A stretch of DNA of 64,000 nucleotides from the human T2T-CHM13v2.0 reference genome, Homo sapiens, in assembly GCF_009914755.1 (NCBI RefSeq), contig NC_060925.1; one strand, 5' to 3'. Of this stretch, positions 49,011-64,000 are shown one piece after another. Each line of letters begins with the position of its first letter. Within the stretch, counting starts at the first letter, position 1. The notes below the pieces were generated by a model. That model worked only from the letters and a program-made list of their open reading frames with translations, had not been told where the DNA came from and searched no databases. A program made the translations under genes and the position numbers.

Positions 49011-50419
49011 GAGTATATAGTTTTATATAGAGTTCTTTTTTAAGTGAGATACCACAGGGTTGGACCTAGAGTTATCTTAGTGTCTCATTTGACAAGTGTC
49101 TCTTCCTTGTAGAACTGCAATGAATTTGCACTGCCAAGATTTGTAAACAATATCGATTAATTACATGTGTCTGTTGCATCTTGAATATACTGCCAATGAT
49201 TTTTAAATATTTTTTTAAATTATCTCAAAATATATTTCAATTTAAAACATGTAACTAGTTTTATTAAGTGTTTAATGGATACCTCAGTGTCATTAAACTA
49301 TATTTTTAATTTTCTATTTAATTATTAATTCTTTCTGTTCCCTCATTCCTTTTATTTGTGTTATCACTTATCTTGCTACCCAAACGTTGCATACAATTAA
49401 TCAGCTGATCACTATTTTCTATCAGTAGCTTCCCCATGTTGCTGGGCCACTTGGGGATACAAAAGATTGAAAACTACTCTTTTTCTATTCACATATTTAT
49501 TCAACAAACATGCACTGGGTGCCTACTATATTGGTGATGGGATTGGGAGTATAGACAAAGCTTCTATCCTCAATGAGGTTACATTATAGAGAAATACTAA
49601 GCAAAAAATGTCTTGGACAGGGCAGAAAAGACAGCACTGCAGTTGCACCCGCACAGGTGATGTCCCTCAAGAACGCAGTTCCTGGAGCTGGGACCACGTT
49701 AATTCTTCTGTCTACCTGCAGAGGGCGCCATTGCACCAGGTACGCTTTCAGTCTCACCTGGTAAAACTAGAAGATGGCAGCTTTACAAAGAATTTCAAGA
49801 ATCCTAAAACAGTAAAGGGGTCTTATGTGGGCTAATTGCATGAGGTGCTGAACTTAAGTATCTTCAGTTGCTGGAGAAAAGCAGAAATTCTGCGTTTAAG
49901 GGGAGAAAATGGAGGAAAAGTGAGACAGGTGTGTGTGGATACTGGATGTATTCATTTGTTTCACCTTGTGCCCGGCTTTTCCTAAGGCCTGGAGACCCGG
50001 CGATGAACGCAGTTGGCTATCATTGCTCTCAGAGGGCTTACTTTGTACTGGTCTGTGGTGTGACAATGTAGAATAATGTGAATAAAGTAATAACAATGTC
50101 CAAAATTTATTGAATGCTTTCCATGAGCCAAGAACTATTCAAGAATTTCACATACATTATCTTGTTTAAACTGCACAGCCGCGCGTTGAGAAGAGGTGCT
50201 ATCAACTTTCCCATTTTGCTGATGAGGCAATTTAGGCTGGATGAGAGGACGAGACTGAGTACTACTTTCTTGGTGGAGGCGACAGTCAAAGCCAGGCATT
50301 AGACCGGAATCGACTCAGTTAACCACTAGGCTGTGTGTGACAGCTGGAGGTTAGGGAACGCGGAGGCAGAGAGAGGGAAGCAGCGGGTGCAAAGGGCAGA
50401 GCTACTTCGGATTTTATGA

Positions 50420-50755
<336 letters not shown>

Positions 50756-51436
50756 AGAGGTAACTTTTGAATTGAAATCTAAATTGTAAGAGGGAATCAA
50801 CTCCAGGAATATCTAGAGGCAGAGAGCACCATCGGTACAGCAAGGGGGACTGCCCTGAGCAGAAAATAAGCAGGGAACGTTTCAGAAAAAGTCCAGGAAT
50901 GGGACACCAGCAGCAGGGTGGCTAGAGCTGGAGGGAAGGGAGAGGTTATGTCAGGGCTGAGCCGGGAGCCTACGGAGCCCTGGCTAGGGGCTCAGGTTCG
51001 CTATCGCAATGGAAACTCCTGGGAGCTGTGAGAGCAGTGATATGATGGGATTTACACGTAATTATTTCTCCGCTTCTAGGAGGCGACTGGATGGTAAAAG
51101 CAAGAGCAGGTAGCAGACTTTTAAATAACAATAATAATCATGGTAATGATACAATAGGAAAACAACACAGCATTGGTGTTATCTTGATCGGTGAAATACA
51201 TTAGTTTTTTGTTGTTGTTCCAAATCAGCCCACTTGGTTCTGTTACTTATCTAACTAGAGATCAGTCTGATATGACGCATGGTGATTTTGAAATACCAGC
51301 ACAGAACATCCCTGAGATGATGGTGATCTGAAAAGAGCCCTGGCCCTGTTCTTGTAGTGTCCCCTCCTCCATCGCATGCGCACACTAGAGGCTGATGGTG
51401 GTTCGCGGATGCTACCAAGAAGGTACAAAAAGCTGA

Positions 51437-51949
<513 letters not shown>

Positions 51950-52094
51950 TTGCCTCCTTTTTAGAAGAAGATTATGATAATACTAACAATAGCTTGAAGA
52001 TAATAATGAGAATAATGAAAATAAGTATTGCTTAAAGTTAAAAATAATGAAAATAAATAATGCTTGAAGAGAATGATAATGAAAATAGTAACAG

Positions 52095-52325
52095 CAACAA
52101 TAATAATAATAGTTAACATTTCACTAGCATTTGCCATGTGCCAGGCACTGTGATTGTGCTTTATAGATTAATTATTTCTCCAAACAACCCTGTGCAGTGG
52201 GTGTATTATTGTTACTTCTATTTTTCAGAAAAGGAAACTGAGGCACAGAGAGTTTACAGGATTTGTTCTTGTTGCACAGCTAATAAATGGCTGCATTGGA
52301 ATTTGAACCCAGTTGTCTGGGAAGA
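52095..52325 (-). mobile_element. MIR preceded by an (AAT)-rich tract
   Basis: atgtgccaggcactgtg...ggaaactgaggcacagagag core. Confidence 0.8.
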
Positions 52326-54029
52326 GCCATTCTAATTTGGAGAAATATTTAGTACAATCTCTGATCAAGGACAAATCCTAAAATGTAGCTTGGAGAGCAG
52401 TTTAATATCCAATGGCAAGAACCGCCATTCATTTTGCACCAACCTAATGCATACTCCTGCTGAAAAAAAGAGGCCTACGATATTCTTGAGAGTGCAAGGA
52501 AAGGATAGTGACATCACCTGATCAATGCAGAAAGAAAGGATTATAGTGAGACAAAACTTTGCAAGACTCTTAAGAAACAGTGGCTTTAACTTCATCAAAT
52601 TTGCTACCTGCTCTTAGTTGAGTAACAAGTAAGTCATCTGTCCTCTCTGAGCCAGATTCCTGAGAAACAGGTAATTTAATTATTTTTTTCCAGCATCACT
52701 GGGGGGGGTGGTTATGAAAATTGAAGGAAATTATCAATGTAAAAGCTTTCTGAAAGCTTGTAACATATTATGCAAATGTAAGATTAACTATATCTGCAAT
52801 GCAACTGATTATCAGTTCTTTAGTGAAGTGTAATGATAATTCTAAGTGTTACTTCAGATTCAAATGAACATATAATTTTAGAAATAAACTAGAATTTGGC
52901 CTCACGACCTTGGCCATAACTTTCTTTTTTATAATAACCAACCATATATTTATATTCAGAATCTCTCTATAATGCATCTATTTCTTCAAGCTATATTTAA
53001 AATATATTAAGTAAGAAATTAAAATGAAGTCATTTTTTTCAAACGTACAATGTAATTTTATATTAAATTTTAAAGCTAAATGCATTCATTCAGTGATTAA
53101 TTTGTTTAATGTGCCAGGCAATATTCCAGGCACTAAGATAGAGATATATAATTCAGACCAACATTCTTAGTCTCCTAATTCCTTGTGTTAAATGGAGGAA
53201 ACAAATAAGTAGGTAAACAATAATTAATTTTAATATTTTGCTATACATTTCACAGGTAAGTGGATAACCCCCATGACTTTGCAATTCAAATTTAGTGTGT
53301 CAGACACTTCCATATATGTTATCTCCTGTGAAGTTCAGGGTAGCTGTGTGAGTTAAAAGAACCACACATTTAATTTGTTGCTTTCTTATTAGATGGCTCA
53401 GAATGGAAAAGGGTTGGCGAAAGTTTTCAGAGCTAGAAGTGACAGAGCCAGGGCTGGAATAGAGGCTTTAGGGCAAGAAGTTCTGAGAAGACCCCAGAGA
53501 CTCTGAGAGGACGGGAGGATCTTATCATCACTGAGCAAGATACTGCCCCAGGGGTGGTAGTTTATGGTTTTTATTCCTCACACTGCTTCCTTATTTAGTG
53601 AGCATGTAAGTTAATTAAATCAGAGTATGTATAATGCATCATATAACTCTATGCTAATGGTTCCCTTAGTATATCTTATGTTTCTCTTATGTACTTTGCT
53701 TGCATTCTCTTCTGAGGCCCCTAGTAATGACGTGTCCTTTTAGAATATGAAATTAAAACCAAGTATTCTAAATTGCTTTCATCATCTGGAAATTTTGATG
53801 TATTTTTGACATCTTACAATTATGTCCCTTAAAATTTCTCTAGAGGTTCTAGAACAAGGGCTATTTTTTTGTATGCTCACTTGACTGCAATTTCAAGCTA
53901 TGGAAATAAGTGATCAATATTCTCCCAAGCCAAAAGCCCCGTAGGACAACCATAAAGCTCCTCAGTGAAATTCAGAAATGGTCATCTAAAACGTTGCTTT
54001 TCACAGCCCTACATTTTTCTTTCTTACTG

Positions 54030-54402
54030 TTGTTAAGTTGAGCCTAAAGCTGTCTTCTTACATATTTTAAGTTGGGCCTAGGGGTTTCTCCATACATAAT
54101 AAACTGGAACCTAACTGTATGTGTAAACAACCTACTCTTGTACCAATCACTGAGTTTTGGTCAACAAAAGGCAGCTCACTGTTGAAACTGTGTCAAATAA
54201 GGAAAATGTCAAGCTGAACCAATCTGGCTGTTTCTTTTCCTCACTTCTATTTTCCATGAGCCGTGTTCTGTTTTCTGTCCATAAATCTTTTTCAACCACA
54301 GTCTCTCTGAACCTATTCTGATTTGGGGCTGCCTGATTTGGAAATCATTCTTTGCTCAATTAAACTCTGTTGAACTATTTCTCTAAGATTTTTCTTTTAA
54401 CT
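54030..54402 (+). mobile_element. MER57-like ERV1 solo LTR
   Basis: tgttaagttgagcctaaagctg...CCAAT boxes...ttctttgctcaattaaactctgtt...tttcttttaac. Confidence 0.75.
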
Positions 54403-55444
54403 ATCAATCTGAGTATAGATACTTAGTGTCTTTAGAGCTAAATGTGTTGCAACTAGATCACATAATAAATTTCAAGAATCAAGAACACTTATTTATTCAT
54501 TCACTCAATACATCTTTTTGAATATCTAGTTAAGTGATAAATACTGTCCTAGGAACTAGGAACGCTAAGATAAATAAGATGTAGTTCTTGAACTCCCAAG
54601 AGGATCAATCCAGTGAAATAGACAGCTGACTGACCCAGTCCTCATGACCACCATCTACTGTGGGGCCAGTGAAAATCGAAGAAGGCTTTCCTAAACTGGC
54701 AATACGGTTGTTGAGTCTTAAAGGACCTAGAGTGTTAACATAGCCATAAACTTTCTACGTGACTCAGTTTTTCTTTGATTAACTTATCCATTGCATTATT
54801 AAGATAAATCCATTAATAATGAATAGTTGCAGTAAAGACATCTTTAAGAAAACGATTTTGCTTTTAAGTAAAGCAGCAGGTGAGTTTTTATATGTAAGAG
54901 CTCGTCAGGAGTTAATTTTCTTTCTCTTCCCTGATTCATTTAGCTTATGTTAAACCAGGCATATTTCTCCCATAGTATTTAAAAACAAATATTTAACCAC
55001 ATTTCTCTGAAAATTATTTAGGAATAGGTCTTAATATCCTTCTATTTGAAATGAGAGCCTTCCCTTATTAGAAAAATCTTCATGATGCTTAGAAAGACTG
55101 CATTAAAAAAAAACAAAACTCCAAAACTTGAGAATATATAGTCCTTTAAATCTGCAGTTCCACTGAACAACCTAAAAAGTTCTGTGAATACCCACAGAGG
55201 AAAAGGAAACCCAGTTCTATTTTGCAACTTCCATTGCAATTTCTTCCTTGAAATTTTTAATTATTTTGAGTGAGATTAAAAGTTACTAAGCATATGAGAT
55301 TGAAGAGTTTTTCATAACTGATATATTATTGTTATGTGTCATTTTAATTCCACTTTGACTTGAACTTCAAAATTAATCATTGTAAAACAATCAGTGCTTA
55401 TTTGGGCATTGATCAATTTCTTTTATCCAAACTGCTTCTCGAAT

Positions 55445-56400
55445 CTCATTCCTTTTTTCTTGGTTTAATTTCCTGCTTATAGAAGGCTATTTTTAGTAGA
55501 TCTCTTAGTGATGGTCTGTGAATGGAAAACTCTTTCAATATTGGTTGTCAAATTTAAATAATATCATATCTGGCTATACAAATATAGGTTACCTGATATT
55601 TTCTCTCAGTGCCTTGAAACTATTCTTCATTTCTGACCTTCATGAGTGCTTATACAATTTTGGAGATAGGCTACGTATTTATTCTTTTGCTGCTTTAAAA
55701 TCCTCCTTTATAAAAGTAAAGTCTCTTTTTCCTTGAGTTTCTTCAAGTTTGGGGAGGTGCATCTATTGGCAGACTTTACATTTTCACCAACTGTAACTAG
55801 CGCTCAGTGTCTTTCAAAATTTGAGGATTTATGTCCTTGTTCAGTTCTAAAAACTACCTCAACTATGATTTCAGTAAATACTGCTTGTTTCTTGTGCTCT
55901 CCTACTGAAACCCCTCTCATGTGTTCTCTTCTGGGTCTAACATCCTTTACTCTATGTGTTTTAACCTCTCTTCCATATTTTCCATCTCCTTATGCAACTG
56001 TGCAGCATTCTAGATCTTTCTTCCAATTTACTTGTGCACTGAGGTTTTAATTATAACGACCATATTTATTTGTATAATATTTGTATTATTACAAAGCCTC
56101 TTTGGTTGTTTATCAAATCTTCCTGGAATTTTTCCTGATTTTTTTTTCTAATATTATCTAGCTCTCATATCATTTTTTGCGGGTAATTTTATATAATTTT
56201 AATGGTCTAAAAATATTATTTAGATTATTCTAATATAAATTTCTTGTCAATCTGTTTACTTTTCTTTATGATACAGTGTTTTCTTGGGTGGTTTCTCATT
56301 TTCGTTGCTAGCTCACCTTCAGAAGAATAGGTTTTCTTATGGGAATTCCATGTGCAATGGACTAGGAAACAATATTCTATAGCAATTTTAGCTTTACTTT
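55445..56400 (-). mobile_element. Ancient L1M/HAL1 5'-region remnant
   Basis: Degenerate L1 ORF1-like antisense motifs; weak. Confidence 0.4.
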
Positions 56401-56407
56401 TTCCAGG

Positions 56408-62996
<6,589 letters not shown>

Positions 62997-64000
62997 CCAC
63001 GTATTCCAAGGGCTCGAAAGCCTGAACCCAGTTTTTATGTTTATTTATTGGCTTGGTGATTCCTGACATCATACTTACGCATAGCACAGGCTTGGGGTTT
63101 TACTTCTTCTAAGATACTAACTTGTTTCTCTTTCCACTTCCTTATTGCTTCCCTGGGTTGGTTGGCATAGTTATAATGGCTTGACGTTGAGGTCCTGTCT
63201 TTCTTCTGGGGTCTCAGTCACTACTCCTCACTACGTATGGTCTCCAAGTCATGTTCACTGTCACTTTGGGAGCATTACTCCTCATTCCCACTCCTAGTGG
63301 AATATTAAATCCAGTATTCTCCCAGACCTCTGCAGGCTTTCAAACTTATCACTCTTCATTTAAATTCATTCTTCGTTTCTCACATCTAGTTATATATTTT
63401 CTCTGATACACCTAGTAATGTATTGTTACATTTTTAGCTACCATTTCTTTGTGTCTAAAGAAATAGGGCATTTGTTTTAGTTCTGACAACCCTTTATGTT
63501 AAGGGTCAATAGAGCCATCGAAATGTTTTTCTCTCCAGATTTTATTCATCAGAAAGGCTGCTTTCCTTTAGGAAGTTGTCCCACAAAATGGTTTCCATAA
63601 ATTCAATCAATTGGTAAGACAGAAGGTCTCAGTTGAAAACTATTTCAAATGCAAACTACTAAAAACATCAGGGAGGTAAAAATCTAATGTTTCTTGTCAA
63701 CTATATAGAAAAATATGTTTTTGTAAACAATTGGTTGAGTTTAAACTACAAAAAACTACAAATAAGAAGCATTACAACTATTTAGACATATCTCTACTTA
63801 CTATAGAACCTTTGCTGTGAAGAGCTAATCTCATGGTAATATTTTGCCAAGATGATGAAATAAAATGTTAACTTAAAATAAATATATTTTATTTGGCTAC
63901 CATTGTTATTTCTCTTTTTTTCTGGAGTACACTATCATTACATTTCTTTGCACCTTTAACAGGGAAATTTTAGGACATGATTATATGCATGAGCCCTGGG

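Overview
Primate (human-like) genomic DNA from the interior of RGS7 (regulator of G-protein signaling 7), which is transcribed on the minus strand. Only three short coding exons are present: 31545-31609 (65 nt), 30266-30342 (77 nt) and 30077-30158 (82 nt). They have GT-AG boundaries and splice in frame to [75 protein letters not shown], the region just after the DEP domain (DHEX). The remainder is two very long introns (>30 kb each inside the window) filled with transposon fossils: over 20 Alu elements or monomers, a near full-length Tigger1, MER82, MaLR and ERV1 solo LTRs, old and young L1s (including a full-length but dead L1PA in the gene's sense orientation), L2, MIR and CR1. Most ORF-track entries are repeat-derived or chance ORFs. 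I found no evidence of a wholly new biological system. The best leads are: (1) inverted Alus bracketing the three-exon cassette, whose hypothetical 224-nt circle would carry a 161-codon ORF running more than two laps; (2) a fold-back inverted duplication at 16744-16976; (3) an MLT1A LTR apparently retroposed as a polyadenylated transcript with an ~18-bp TSD; (4) a possible L1-promoted DEP-less RGS7 transcript; (5) a local AT-to-GC shifted, CpG-rich patch near 50.2-51.1 kb. Subfamily names and exon numbers come from remembered consensus sequences, not searches, and boundaries of old repeats are approximate.
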